From the NCBI GenBank assembly GCA_016872215.1, contig VHAX01000001.1:54004-118003 (forward strand): a stretch of DNA of 64,000 bases. The letters run 5' to 3'. A program made the position numbers and the translations under genes. Within the stretch, counting starts at the first letter, position 1. Each line of letters starts with the position of its first letter. Under the pieces are notes generated by a model. That model was not told the origin of the DNA. It ran no database searches and worked only from the letters and a program-made list of their open reading frames with translations. The DNA comes from Sphingomonadales bacterium (lineage in GTDB: Bacteria > Bacteroidota > Bacteroidia > UBA7662). Below, in pieces: positions 1 through 9,603 of the stretch.

Positions 1-591
1 AAACAATACATACGAACGACCCACAAACATTTCAGATACTTCGTGCAAATATTCAGGTCGCGCCCCCTTGGCCTCCTCCTCGATGTGCTTGACATTTCGG
101 CGGATGGTTTCGGTCTTACGGGCAGGGTCGAGGTCGTCGCTCAGACCGGCAAGCACTTTTTCGGAAACATCCTCAAAATCGATGGTGATGCGCACGGTTA
201 ACCCCTTCGCCGGTATCTCATCTCCTCGTGTACGGGCCAGGAATCCATCTGTGATGTAATCCTTGCCAACACTACTCGCGGCGGCCACCGCCCCGAAGGC
301 ACAGTGGTGATTGGTGATGATGAGTCCCTCCGCTGAAACAAAAGAGCCGGTGCAGCCTCCAACCCTGACCAGGGCCTGCACCAGGCTCACATCACCCGTG
401 GAAAAGATCTGCTCGTCGCTCAACTGCAGTCCCAGCGACTGCAGCTGCCTCTTTTTGAGTTGATTCAGCGGCAGCATGCCCTCATCGGGCGGGGTATGTA
501 GATGGCTATTTAACGATCCGTGAGGTACTGCGGCAGTTAAAACGTATAGGTTACCAACCCAAATAATCAAAAAATAGAGCAGAGTTTTCAT
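1..591 (-). CDS. S46-family dipeptidyl-peptidase (DPP7/DPP11-like), N-terminal part only; the gene continues beyond the left edge of the window
   Basis: The reverse-strand translation from the ATG at 591 reads MKTLLYFLIIWVGNLYVLTAAVPHG...DEGMLPLNQL...GGCTGSFVSAEGLIITNHHCAFGAV. A signal peptide, a DEGMW-like motif and the GGC(S/T)xSFVSxxGLxxTNHHC block are typical of S46 peptidases. The frame is open to position 1. Confidence 0.65.
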   Translation of the reverse strand, partial: MKTLLYFLIIWVGNLYVLTAAVPHGSLNSHLHTPPDEGMLPLNQLKKRQLQSLGLQLSDEQIFSTGDVSLVQALVRVGGCTGSFVSAEGLIITNHHCAFGAVAAASSVGKDYITDGFLARTRGDEIPAKGLTVRITIDFEDVSEKVLAGLSDDLDPARKTETIRRNVKHIEEEAKGARPEYLHEVSEMFVGRSYVLF

Positions 592-686
592 CAGTCCAAA
601 AATATGAGTTTCCTTTGTGTCAATTTTCTTTCTTTTAACGGAACTTTTCTTCTTATTGTAATTGTTTTAACTCACTTACGATCATT

Positions 687-1093
687 AGGGGCTGACTGGA
701 ATCGACAGCTTGCCATGATGACACTGTAAGCATGCCGAGCCTTGGGTAGGATCTCGTTAATCAGAATGCCCACGCCTTAATCGGCAACACTTCTTACGCA
801 CTTGCTGCCTAACCCTTGTGGTTAGGTAACAAAGGCACAGTTTGCCCCCAGGGGGTATCTCTGTGACGCTTCTTCCTCCGGGTGTTTACTGGCGGTGGTT
901 TTTTGAAGCGTGCCAAACACCAGTAAAATAGCAGCGGGCTTTCAGCAATCCCAAAGCGAAAATCAAACGCTGATAAGGGTAGTTCCGGCACGTCACCGGC
1001 CTCGGCTGCCCCGACAACCAACGGTCGACTAAGCATGTAGAAAGCTGTGGATCAGCTTGTCTGGACCAGGGTTCGACTCCCTGCAGCTCCACC
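687..1093 (+). ncRNA. ssrA: tmRNA (transfer-messenger RNA, SsrA)
   Basis: The 5' end GGGGCTGACTGGAATCGACAG...GCATGCCGAG matches the conserved tmRNA 5' region. The tag ORF GGC AAC ACT TCT TAC GCA CTT GCT GCC TAA encodes GNTSYALAA*. The GACTAAGCATGTAG box is present, as is a 3' tRNA-like end GGTTCGACTCCCTGCAGCTCCACC whose CAGCTCC pairs with the 5' GGGGCTG. Confidence 0.85.
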
Positions 1094-1096
1094 CCT

Positions 1097-1133
1097 TCCG
1101 ACCCCGATGGCAAGTCCAGACGGGGTCGTTTTT
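1097..1133 (+). terminator. Rho-independent terminator downstream of ssrA
   Basis: GACCCCG-(loop)-CGGGGTC stem followed by GTTTTTATT. Confidence 0.6.
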
Positions 1134-1275
1134 ATTAAGCGTCCCTGTAAATGATAAAGACCTGATCCATTTTATACGCCATAGTGTATCCTCATTGCAT
1201 CAAAATGAATGATTGCTACATGGAAATTCTGCCACCCAATCCAAAAATGCATTGTACATCAGCTGAAAAACAGGT

Positions 1276-1314
1276 CAAAAAAATCCCCGTTTGCCCAAAT
1301 CGACAAGCGGGGAT
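1276..1314 (-). terminator. Rho-independent terminator for the minus-strand DUF4397 gene
   Basis: On the minus strand, ATCCCCG...CGGGGAT stem followed by TTTTTTTGAC, immediately 3' of the stop at 1335. Confidence 0.5.
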
Positions 1315-1334
1315 TGACAATAGATTTGAGATTT

Positions 1335-2351
1335 TTAACGAACCACAAGCCGACGATTGATTATGCTCCAAGAAGAAACATCCATTAGCGAAACCTGGTA
1401 AACGCCCGGCTGCCATCCAGATACATTTAATTGTGACTGAGTGGTTTCGGCATTCAGATCGTCGGAATAGATAATTCGACCCAGTGCATCCCTCACTTGA
1501 AGGCTCCCTCGGTCAAAGTCTTCGGGGTATGTGATTGACACCAAATCGGAGGCAGGATTCGGGTAAAAATTGACCAGGGAAGGATCAATGTTTTTGATTG
1601 AATTGGGCACAGAAGGCAGGGGAATGAGGCTTCCTCCGCCCGGAGCCGCCACCCACAAGCCAAATAATGCACCGTTGCTGTTCGCTGCCGGATTCAGGAA
1701 GCCAGAAGCCACCACTGTCAGGGCGGCACCCCTGAGATTTAAGGTTTGCAAAGGTGCCTGGAACCATGCTATGTTGGCTCCACCTGAAGGTGCCAAGGCC
1801 ACAGTATAGTTGGCTGGATTCAACGGTAGATAACCTACAAAATTCCCGAACGACAGATTGGTAATAAGCCCCGCTACCGGCACACTCACTTCATTGACAT
1901 CTATCGCCGGGGCATCGGTACTGCCGTGGAATACCAGTAAATCAGTTTTAGTGGTATCCGACGCGGCTTGGCGAGCCTGGCCACGAACAATCAGATCAAA
2001 TGGAATTCGAGGTGTGTATCCGGTTTGGGAAACGATACCGGAGGCAATCACCGTGTATTTCTCGTTAACCGTCAGTGTAAGGCGCTTCACAAACACCGCG
2101 CTGCTGGTGTCGGCAGCTGCATTGGGGGTAATGTGAATGCTGAGCGGTATGCCAGCGGGTAAAGCTGTAAAAGGAGTGGCCGTGCGGAATCTAAAATTGG
2201 GCAGCGCCCGGATTCCATTAACCCACACATCAACAGTGTCGGCGGCAGCATCGGCGCAATTGTGTATTACCTGTACCAAGGCTGTCTGCTGTGCAGAGGC
2301 TAAAGAAGCATAAAAAAAGGTGATCAGGACAAGTGTAAATGATTTCTTCAT
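1335..2351 (-). CDS. DUF4397-like secreted protein with a T9SS C-terminal sorting domain
   Basis: Start re-placed at the internal ATG (MKKSFTLVLITFFYASLASAQQ, a signal peptide). Two repeats of the VIH..AD.A.VDV.VNG... type resemble DUF4397. The C-terminus FYPNPASDLVSITYPE...GVYQVSLMDVSSWSIINRRLVVR is a T9SS type-A CTD. Confidence 0.6.
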   Translation of the reverse strand: MKKSFTLVLITFFYASLASAQQTALVQVIHNCADAAADTVDVWVNGIRALPNFRFRTATPFTALPAGIPLSIHITPNAAADTSSAVFVKRLTLTVNEKYTVIASGIVSQTGYTPRIPFDLIVRGQARQAASDTTKTDLLVFHGSTDAPAIDVNEVSVPVAGLITNLSFGNFVGYLPLNPANYTVALAPSGGANIAWFQAPLQTLNLRGAALTVVASGFLNPAANSNGALFGLWVAAPGGGSLIPLPSVPNSIKNIDPSLVNFYPNPASDLVSITYPEDFDRGSLQVRDALGRIIYSDDLNAETTQSQLNVSGWQPGVYQVSLMDVSSWSIINRRLVVR

Positions 2352-2460
2352 AATTGATGAGTTGGTTTTCAGAAAATAAAACAAGATTGGTTTGATAAAG
2401 TTTGGTTCGTTGTATGAAATTGCAGCAATTTTCGTTTTGCACCCATTAATTCGCACCTTT

Positions 2461-4098
2461 ATGAAAAAGTCAATCAATCGAAACGATCATATCGCCTCTT
2501 ATCAATTCATACTTTCGCTCATGCTGCTGTTTGTGTCGGCCTTCGCCACAGCTAACCCGTCCGAGCATCGCATCGCGTCCAAAGTAACCGTCGTTCAGGT
2601 GAGTCTCGACGGTGCCCTGATCACCCAAACCGCAACCCTCAACCTTAAAGCAGGCAATAGCCGGGTTACGGTAGATGGACTGGCAGCAGATGCCGATTTG
2701 TCGAGCCTTCGCCTCGCGTTCACCCAAAAAGGGATGCGTATTTCCGGCTATCAGCTTATGCCCCGCTTTCCGCGCCAGGTCGACAAAACACCACTCATGC
2801 GCACATTGGGCGACAGTATTGAGCAAATCAGAAGGCGCTCCGAAGAGGAGCAAATCGAAAGTGGTGTGCTGAAACATGAGCGGGAAATGATATTGGCCAA
2901 TAAAAGCCTCGGGGGGAATGGCAGTTTCAGCGTGATCGAACTGGAGAAGCTGGCTGAACTGTACCGCACCCGGCTCGCCATGATCGACAACAAACTGTTG
3001 CAGTTATCACGCCGCCTCAATAAATCGGACGAAAGGATGCAGAATCTGCAACAGCAGCTCGATAGCCTTGCATTGGAACTGCCCGAACAGGTACAGCAAC
3101 TCATTTTAGAGATCCAGGCAGCAGAGACCGGATCCGTTGGACTAAAAATCACTTACCTGAGTCGGTCGGCCCACTGGCAACCCGAATATGAACTGATCAG
3201 CATGGGTGTGGGTTCGCCGGTTCAATTAAAAGTACGGGCACGGGTTATTCAACAAACAGGAATCGACTGGAATGATGTGAACTGGACCCTTTCCACGGCG
3301 CGTGCCCACGGACGAAACAAAAAACCTGTGGCTGTACCCTGGATTCTGAAGTTTTTGCAGCCTGTAGCCCGAAAAATGCAGATGTATGCCGCTCCTTCCT
3401 CACGAAGCGAACAACCCTCCATGACGGGTGAGGCACTATCGGTCGATGGCTACTACGAAACGCAGGTGTCGGCAGTTCGGGAGGAGCAAACACTGAATGT
3501 GCTTTTTCAGGGCAAGGAGCTGCTTCGAATGCCGAGCGGGGCTGAGCGATTGCTCGATTTAGAGCAACGGGAACTGACGGCCCAGTACCGCCACGCTCTG
3601 GTGCCGCGACAGGATCCCCAGGCCTACCTGATGGTACGGGTGGTGGGACTCACCGCCCTGAGCTATCTGCCTGGTCACACTTTATTGTATCTGGAGCAAG
3701 ACCTCGTGGGCGAATCCACCCTCTACTTCCAACAAAACAACAGCGATACCCTAGATGTGTCCCTGGGTGTTGACCCGAGGGTGACCGTACAATTCACTGC
3801 CGAGGCCCCAAAAATTTCAGAAAACGGTCTAACCAACCGCATGGAGCGAGCATACCGTTATAAATTATCTGTCCAAAACCGTCACACACGCCCCATACAG
3901 GTACTGGTGGAGGAGGCGATTCCATTTTCCACCCATGAAGACATAAAAGTGGTGGATGTGAAATTGGATGGCGCTAACTATGAAGGTGAACAGGGGCTGG
4001 TGCGTTGGGCGTTTGATCTAGGAAGCGGTGCGGAAAAAACCGTCAGTTATTCATACACCTTGCATTATCCACGCAACAAACCCGTTGGCCCATTGTAG
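2461..4098 (+). CDS. DUF4139/DUF4140-family protein (mucoidy inhibitor MuiA-like)
   Basis: The ORF track starts at TTG 2392. The first ATG at 2461 gives MKKSINRNDH. Features: N-terminal hydrophobic segment, a central coiled-coil (LQLSRRLNKSDERMQNLQQQLDSLALE) and size and architecture typical of DUF4139 proteins. Confidence 0.5.
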   Translation: MKKSINRNDHIASYQFILSLMLLFVSAFATANPSEHRIASKVTVVQVSLDGALITQTATLNLKAGNSRVTVDGLAADADLSSLRLAFTQKGMRISGYQLMPRFPRQVDKTPLMRTLGDSIEQIRRRSEEEQIESGVLKHEREMILANKSLGGNGSFSVIELEKLAELYRTRLAMIDNKLLQLSRRLNKSDERMQNLQQQLDSLALELPEQVQQLILEIQAAETGSVGLKITYLSRSAHWQPEYELISMGVGSPVQLKVRARVIQQTGIDWNDVNWTLSTARAHGRNKKPVAVPWILKFLQPVARKMQMYAAPSSRSEQPSMTGEALSVDGYYETQVSAVREEQTLNVLFQGKELLRMPSGAERLLDLEQRELTAQYRHALVPRQDPQAYLMVRVVGLTALSYLPGHTLLYLEQDLVGESTLYFQQNNSDTLDVSLGVDPRVTVQFTAEAPKISENGLTNRMERAYRYKLSVQNRHTRPIQVLVEEAIPFSTHEDIKVVDVKLDGANYEGEQGLVRWAFDLGSGAEKTVSYSYTLHYPRNKPVGPL

Positions 4099-4152
4099 GG
4101 CGAAGCCCGATCGGGAACAATCGTTTCATTCGGGGTTTGAAATTGGGCGAAA

Positions 4153-5409
4153 ATGGCTTTGTTTTGCGCCGTGAAATCTACATCCGCTCCAATTATCGGC
4201 CTACTGCGTGAAGGCAAAACCCCTCCCGACAAACGCGCACCCCTTTCCCCTTCGGCTTGTGCACAACTGATGCAGCTATGGCCGGACACACGCATCATCG
4301 TGCAGCCCTCGACGATCCGGTGTTTCCCGGAATCGGCCTATGCAGAAGCGGGGTGTGACATCAACGAAGACCTCAGCCTCTGTAATTTATTGATGGGCGT
4401 GAAGGAAGTGCGCGTTGAGGATCTGATTCCCGCCAAATTCTATATCATTTTTAGTCACGTCACCAAACGACAACCCTACAATCGGGGATTGTTACAGGCA
4501 GTACTTCACAGGGGCATCACTTTAATGGATTATGAGTTGTTGACCGACCAGGACGGGATGCGCACCGTAGCCTTCGGGCGCTTTGCGGGGATAGTAGGGG
4601 CGCACCATGGACTCGCGGCATTTGGCAAAAGAAGTGGTCTTTTTGATCTGCCAGGAGCCTGGCAGGTATCGTGTTTGTCTGATTTACTCCAATTATATGC
4701 ACAAATAGAATGGCCTGCTATGCGGATTGCGGTGACGGGCGACGGGCGTGTAGGCAAAGGGGTTGTTGAGTTGCTTCGTGCGGCCGGCATCCCGGAAATC
4801 TCTGCGCAGGATTTTCTGCACAGCCATTCTGATGAGGAGGGTGCTGTTTTCTGTGTACTCAAATCGCGGGATGTTTTTCGACGGGCAAATGCGGACCATG
4901 GTGTTGAGTGGAACCGCAACCATTTCCACACAAATCCTAATGCGTATGTGAGCCAGCTCGCCCCTTACCTGCGCATGGCGGATGTGCTGGTCAACACTTT
5001 ATTCTGGTCGGCAGGAGGCCCCCGGCTATTCGAACGTTCAGACATGCGGTCGGGGGAATTTCGTGTGCGCACCATTGCTGATATCAGTTGCGACGTCAAT
5101 GGGGGGATTCCGGCAACTTTGCGGTTCAGCAACATCGACAATCCTGTTTATGGTTATGACCCTTTGAATGAAGTCGAAATGCAGCCTTATTCAACGGATT
5201 CCATTGATATCATGGCGGTGGAAAATCTACCCTGCGAGCTTCCGGTGGATGCATCCGAATTATTTGGCATGCAGCTGCTGGAGTCGTTTTTCCCTTTCTG
5301 GATGTCGGATGGGAGGGAATCGGAAGTTGTTCGATGCGCCACCATCGCACGGGATGGAAATTTAACCCCGGGCTTTGTAAACCTGGGGCCGGGATATGCG
5401 TGGGACTGA
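4153..5409 (+). CDS. Alanine dehydrogenase/PNT-domain oxidoreductase, saccharopine dehydrogenase / lysine-ketoglutarate-reductase-like
   Basis: The N-terminus IIGLLREGKTPPDKRAPLSPSACAQL resembles the LKR/AlaDH N-terminal domain (IG.RRE.K..E.R.PL.P). A Rossmann-like segment RIAVTGDGRVGKGVVELL follows. 418 aa. Confidence 0.5.
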   Translation: MALFCAVKSTSAPIIGLLREGKTPPDKRAPLSPSACAQLMQLWPDTRIIVQPSTIRCFPESAYAEAGCDINEDLSLCNLLMGVKEVRVEDLIPAKFYIIFSHVTKRQPYNRGLLQAVLHRGITLMDYELLTDQDGMRTVAFGRFAGIVGAHHGLAAFGKRSGLFDLPGAWQVSCLSDLLQLYAQIEWPAMRIAVTGDGRVGKGVVELLRAAGIPEISAQDFLHSHSDEEGAVFCVLKSRDVFRRANADHGVEWNRNHFHTNPNAYVSQLAPYLRMADVLVNTLFWSAGGPRLFERSDMRSGEFRVRTIADISCDVNGGIPATLRFSNIDNPVYGYDPLNEVEMQPYSTDSIDIMAVENLPCELPVDASELFGMQLLESFFPFWMSDGRESEVVRCATIARDGNLTPGFVNLGPGYAWD

Positions 5410-5486
5410 ACTTACAAAGTTCAAACGGCAGAAGTAAATTTTGTTACGTAACACAGAAGCGAACATCGCATTTTCGCCTGTTTTTT

Positions 5487-5536
5487 TAGATTTGGGAGTC
5501 GAAGTTTATCCATAAAAATTTGATTTTTTAGATTTG
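5487..5536 (+). promoter_or_regulatory. Candidate Bacteroidota sigma-A promoter region with two TAGATTTG (-7-like TAnnTTTG) elements upstream of the 5604 gene
   Basis: TAGATTTG occurs at 5487-5494 and 5529-5536 in the AT-rich spacer 68-117 nt upstream of the ATG at 5604. Confidence 0.3.
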
Positions 5537-5603
5537 TAATCCTTTTTCTGCTGACGGCCGCAGCGGGAGAGTTCAGCCTTCTTCTCACCCAAAACCCCAT
5601 TTT

Positions 5604-8600
5604 ATGGACTACATCCGTATTTCCCGCTATTCTCTGATTTTTTTCCTGTGTTTTAGTTTGTTCGGACTGGCATCGGGCAACTTTAAAGTATATGCACAGG
5701 GACCTCCCCTGCCGCCATCGACCCACATTCCCCGACTGCAACTGCACACAGTTGACACTGGCTGGGGGCTTCTCACCTATGGCGAACCTGTGACGCGCCT
5801 GCTCGGCTTTGAGGTGAGCGGGCAAGATCTTTCGGATACGGTGCACTTATGGGCTCCCGAGTTTTTTGAGATTCGGCTCGACAGCCTGGCAGGACCCTTC
5901 AGGAACCGAATCAGCCTGCCCGCCTCAGGTCAACTTTCTCCAACCCGGATTTTCGTCCGACTCAAGGACAGCTTGCCAGTAGGAACCTACAACGGCGAGT
6001 TGCTGGCTCTGAGTAGTGGGCAATTGGGTATAGCGTTGGGCATCGAACCCGCGGTGGTATCTACCCGTAACCTACAGGTTTTGGGTCTTCAAGCCCAAAA
6101 CAAGGATTATGACGGAAACTTACAGGCTTCGGTTGTCGGCCAAGCTGTGTTTTTCGGCCTGGCTTTCGGGCAGCAGTTTACCCCCGACCTCAGTGGAATA
6201 AGCTGGGCATTTGCTTCAATCAACGCTGACTCGGGTATTGCCGTTGCACCTGTCGGATCCATCCCCCCACCCAGTTTAAACTACACAGTTACACCGCCCG
6301 GCCTTCAGGCATCCATTCTACCCAAGCGCTTGTCGGTGGGTGGTCTCACCGCACAGAACAAAAACTATGACAGGGGATTGTTGGCGAACGTAACCGGAAA
6401 CGCTGTATTCGTAGGTCTGGTGGCCGGAGAGGTGTTTAGTCAACCCGCCCCGAGGACCTGGCAATTCGAAAACAAAATGGCCGGGATGCAGAAATCGGTT
6501 CGTCCGAACACTCCATTTACTCCGCCATCCAACAATTATACAATCGACTCCACTATACTGAGGGCCGACATTGTACCGGCTCTTACTACGGTACAATCGG
6601 CCGTGGTGCACAACAAAATATACGACCGAACGGCATTGGCAAGTGTTGATTCTGTGCGTCTGAACGGAATTTTGCCGGGCGACAGCGTTCAGGTATTGGC
6701 GAACGGCACCTTCCACCAATTTCGGGCTGGCAACCAGATTCCGGTATCGTTGAACATACAGCTTTCCGGGCCCGATGGCGCCAACTACACGGCAGCAGCA
6801 CCCACGGGTTTATCCGCGAACATAACACCACGGCCCGTGCAGATTACCGGAATTTCCGTGGCAGAAAAGGAATATGACGGTACCCGATCTGCAACGCTAT
6901 TGGGTATTCCACAGCTACAGGGCATCCTTTCGGGCGACGAAACCGATGCAGTTCTTGGTGGACAACCCTTAGCTTTGTTTGCCACACCCGATACAGGCCG
7001 CAACATTCCGGTGACGGTGAGCGGTTTTCAGCTGAACGGGTCAGCCGCCGGAAGTTATCATTTGAGTCAACCCACCGGCCTTCAGGGTGATATTGTATTA
7101 TCGGTTTTGGCAGCCTGGAATTTTCAGCCAAATCATGGCACGCTGCAACATCCCGAGGCCAATGTGGGGCAAGGCTCTCTCTCTCTAATTGGCTCGATGA
7201 GCACTCTGTCGTGGTCGGGTGGGATGAGTACCCAGAATGGCTGCGGAAACGCTGGCACAATGAGCGCAGGCGATACAGCCTGGTCAATTGGTATCACCAA
7301 TCCGGGCAACATAAACGAGTCAGGCGGAATACAGTTGATGTTGGGCAGCGCCTTGTACAGAAACATTAAAATTGTATGGGATCAACGCTGGTCGGGTTCA
7401 TCGCCCAATACCGTACGATTGCAGTACAGTACAGACGGTATCCAATGGGTGAATGTACAGCTCACCGATAGCAACACCAGCTATTGTTTAGGCCGTCTCG
7501 ACAACGGCCGTTTCGAAACCGATTCCACGGGCGATAAATTCCGACGCATCCGGGTTGATTTATCCCAAATCACCCAGATCAACGAACAGACTGTTTTGGG
7601 CTTCCGGATCGTTGCTTCCCATTTCCGAAATACAGGCGCCTTTCGTCAGGTCATCAACCCATCAACAACCGCAACTTCAGGTGCCTGGCGATTCGACAAC
7701 ATCCGGATTACGGGAAAACGGGCAACACCCACGGTTTGGAACGGGGTGAATTGGAGCCAGGGCTCACCCGACACCGGAATCCACGCTATCGTATCGGCCC
7801 CGCTTCGCATCACCCAAAATTTAAACACCAACCGACTGGAACTGGACAGCGGTGCCGTATTGAACGTGGATTCGGGTGCCATACTGAACATAAGAGGCAC
7901 ATTTACCAATCGGGGCATCCTGCAACTAACAGATGGTAAGGCCATCCTCAGGGAAAACTATATCGGTTCCGGTCTCATCCGCGGCAGTCAACGGTCGACC
8001 CTGGAATTACAGCGACAAAACGACGCGGGAACGGTCCTCATGGATAGTCTTTCCGGTAGAAATGCACACACAATTGAAACCCTCATCATGAACATGGGTC
8101 CCCAAGGCCGTCTGCGTCTGGGAAACAAGATGATCATCCATCGGGTCGTAGACCTGAGAGGTGGTGTGCTTCAGACACAGGATAACCTATGCCTTTCGTC
8201 CACTTCCGACACCCTAACTGCTCAAATCAGGGGTGGAACCAATACCTCCATTCAGGGGAAGGTGGATGTGGAACGACACCTTGGGTGGGCAGGCGCCGGC
8301 CACAGCGGATATCGATTTGTGGGGAGTCCGCTCCGCTCCTCGCTACCATTCGCTCTGGTTGGTGGCCTTCCTTTCACACCAAATAGCGTGATTCGCTTCA
8401 GTGAACCACTGAACGCTTATCTATCCGTCCCCATCACCGGTAATCAGTGGAATCCCGCCCAGGCCTACGGTATTTGGACCGATAGCATTCGCACCATTCG
8501 CTTGAGTGGAGAGCCCCAGCTGAACCAATCGGGGCCCTATTTCCTCCAGAATCAATCGGCCCGCTGGAATTTAATGGGCAACCCGTTCCCAAGCGCTATG

Positions 8601-9521
8601 GCATGGGACTCAGTACAGAAAACCAATACCGAAAATGCGGTCTGGGTCTGGAGGAAAGATAGTTTGATTCCGGTTGCTGGGATCTGGGCTGCATACATCA
8701 ACGGGGTGGGAATAAATGGCGCAAATGGGATCCTGGCGCCACTACAAGGTTTCATGGTACGTGCGGGCACCAACGGCTTATCTTCCGTTTTCTTTCCGTC
8801 CACTGCCCGGCAACCCGATATGACTGCTGGTTTTCTGCGACAAAATCAATTTCATCCCCAGATCAGCATTACTTTGGAACAAGCTACACCCAACTTTCGG
8901 GAAGAAGCCATGATTCAATTGAATCCGGATGCAACGTCTGGGTTTGATATCCAACATGATGCGGGATACCTTGGAGATGAATCGAGTGTTTCCCCCTCAC
9001 TCGGCAGCCTCGACTACAATGGTTACGCCTACAGCATCCAATCCGTTCCCGATCCTACCGGTTTGGCCAGGGTCATACCTCTTCGAACTGATTTAGGTCA
9101 GATCGGGGCCTGCCAACTCAATATTCAGCTAAGTCAATGGCCATCGTCAACCCCCATCTTTTTGGAAGACCGCTTGCTTCAGTATATAGAAACCATTGTT
9201 ACTGGTATGGTATACAGCTTTCAGTCAACCGGCCCGGCCGACTCCCTGCGCTTCCGCATACACCTGAATTCAGTTAGTAGCGACATACAAGAAGATGATC
9301 TTTCGAAAATCCAGGTCTTCTTTCACGACGGAAAACTGCACATTCGGCAGGCGGGATCATTAAAACGAATCGAACTCCGGGATCTCAACGGAAGATTGAT
9401 CCAGAGCATCTTTCCCGAGGGATCCAACGAACTCCAATTACCGTTGCCTATCGCCCAGGGCCTCTATTGTCTAACACTTCATGGTAATCGAAGCTTATCC
9501 ACCCGAAAACTAGTGCGATAA
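5604..9521 (+). CDS. Giant T9SS-secreted cell-surface protein (1305 aa) with four MBG (YDG-type) repeats and a C-terminal sorting domain
   Basis: Signal peptide MDYIRISRYSLIFFLCFSLFGLASG. Repeats with QNKDYDGNLQA, QNKNYDRGLLA, HNKIYDRTALA and AEKEYDGTRSA spaced about 85 aa apart (nt ~6080-7080). A beta-helix-like middle region. C-terminal T9SS CTD (...IQVFFHDGKLHIRQ...GLYCLTLHGNRSLSTRKLVR). Confidence 0.7.
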   Translation: MDYIRISRYSLIFFLCFSLFGLASGNFKVYAQGPPLPPSTHIPRLQLHTVDTGWGLLTYGEPVTRLLGFEVSGQDLSDTVHLWAPEFFEIRLDSLAGPFRNRISLPASGQLSPTRIFVRLKDSLPVGTYNGELLALSSGQLGIALGIEPAVVSTRNLQVLGLQAQNKDYDGNLQASVVGQAVFFGLAFGQQFTPDLSGISWAFASINADSGIAVAPVGSIPPPSLNYTVTPPGLQASILPKRLSVGGLTAQNKNYDRGLLANVTGNAVFVGLVAGEVFSQPAPRTWQFENKMAGMQKSVRPNTPFTPPSNNYTIDSTILRADIVPALTTVQSAVVHNKIYDRTALASVDSVRLNGILPGDSVQVLANGTFHQFRAGNQIPVSLNIQLSGPDGANYTAAAPTGLSANITPRPVQITGISVAEKEYDGTRSATLLGIPQLQGILSGDETDAVLGGQPLALFATPDTGRNIPVTVSGFQLNGSAAGSYHLSQPTGLQGDIVLSVLAAWNFQPNHGTLQHPEANVGQGSLSLIGSMSTLSWSGGMSTQNGCGNAGTMSAGDTAWSIGITNPGNINESGGIQLMLGSALYRNIKIVWDQRWSGSSPNTVRLQYSTDGIQWVNVQLTDSNTSYCLGRLDNGRFETDSTGDKFRRIRVDLSQITQINEQTVLGFRIVASHFRNTGAFRQVINPSTTATSGAWRFDNIRITGKRATPTVWNGVNWSQGSPDTGIHAIVSAPLRITQNLNTNRLELDSGAVLNVDSGAILNIRGTFTNRGILQLTDGKAILRENYIGSGLIRGSQRSTLELQRQNDAGTVLMDSLSGRNAHTIETLIMNMGPQGRLRLGNKMIIHRVVDLRGGVLQTQDNLCLSSTSDTLTAQIRGGTNTSIQGKVDVERHLGWAGAGHSGYRFVGSPLRSSLPFALVGGLPFTPNSVIRFSEPLNAYLSVPITGNQWNPAQAYGIWTDSIRTIRLSGEPQLNQSGPYFLQNQSARWNLMGNPFPSAMAWDSVQKTNTENAVWVWRKDSLIPVAGIWAAYINGVGINGANGILAPLQGFMVRAGTNGLSSVFFPSTARQPDMTAGFLRQNQFHPQISITLEQATPNFREEAMIQLNPDATSGFDIQHDAGYLGDESSVSPSLGSLDYNGYAYSIQSVPDPTGLARVIPLRTDLGQIGACQLNIQLSQWPSSTPIFLEDRLLQYIETIVTGMVYSFQSTGPADSLRFRIHLNSVSSDIQEDDLSKIQVFFHDGKLHIRQAGSLKRIELRDLNGRLIQSIFPEGSNELQLPLPIAQGLYCLTLHGNRSLSTRKLVR

Positions 9522-9603
9522 GCAATAATTTCTTGAAATGTTAGACTTTTCAGTTTAGGTAGAGTAGTTGGCTTTAGGTATATTCGCAAATTAAACATTA
9601 CCC

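Noticed and set aside
68-259. A 63-aa plus-strand ORF at the left edge
   Set aside because: It lies antisense within the S46 peptidase coding region.
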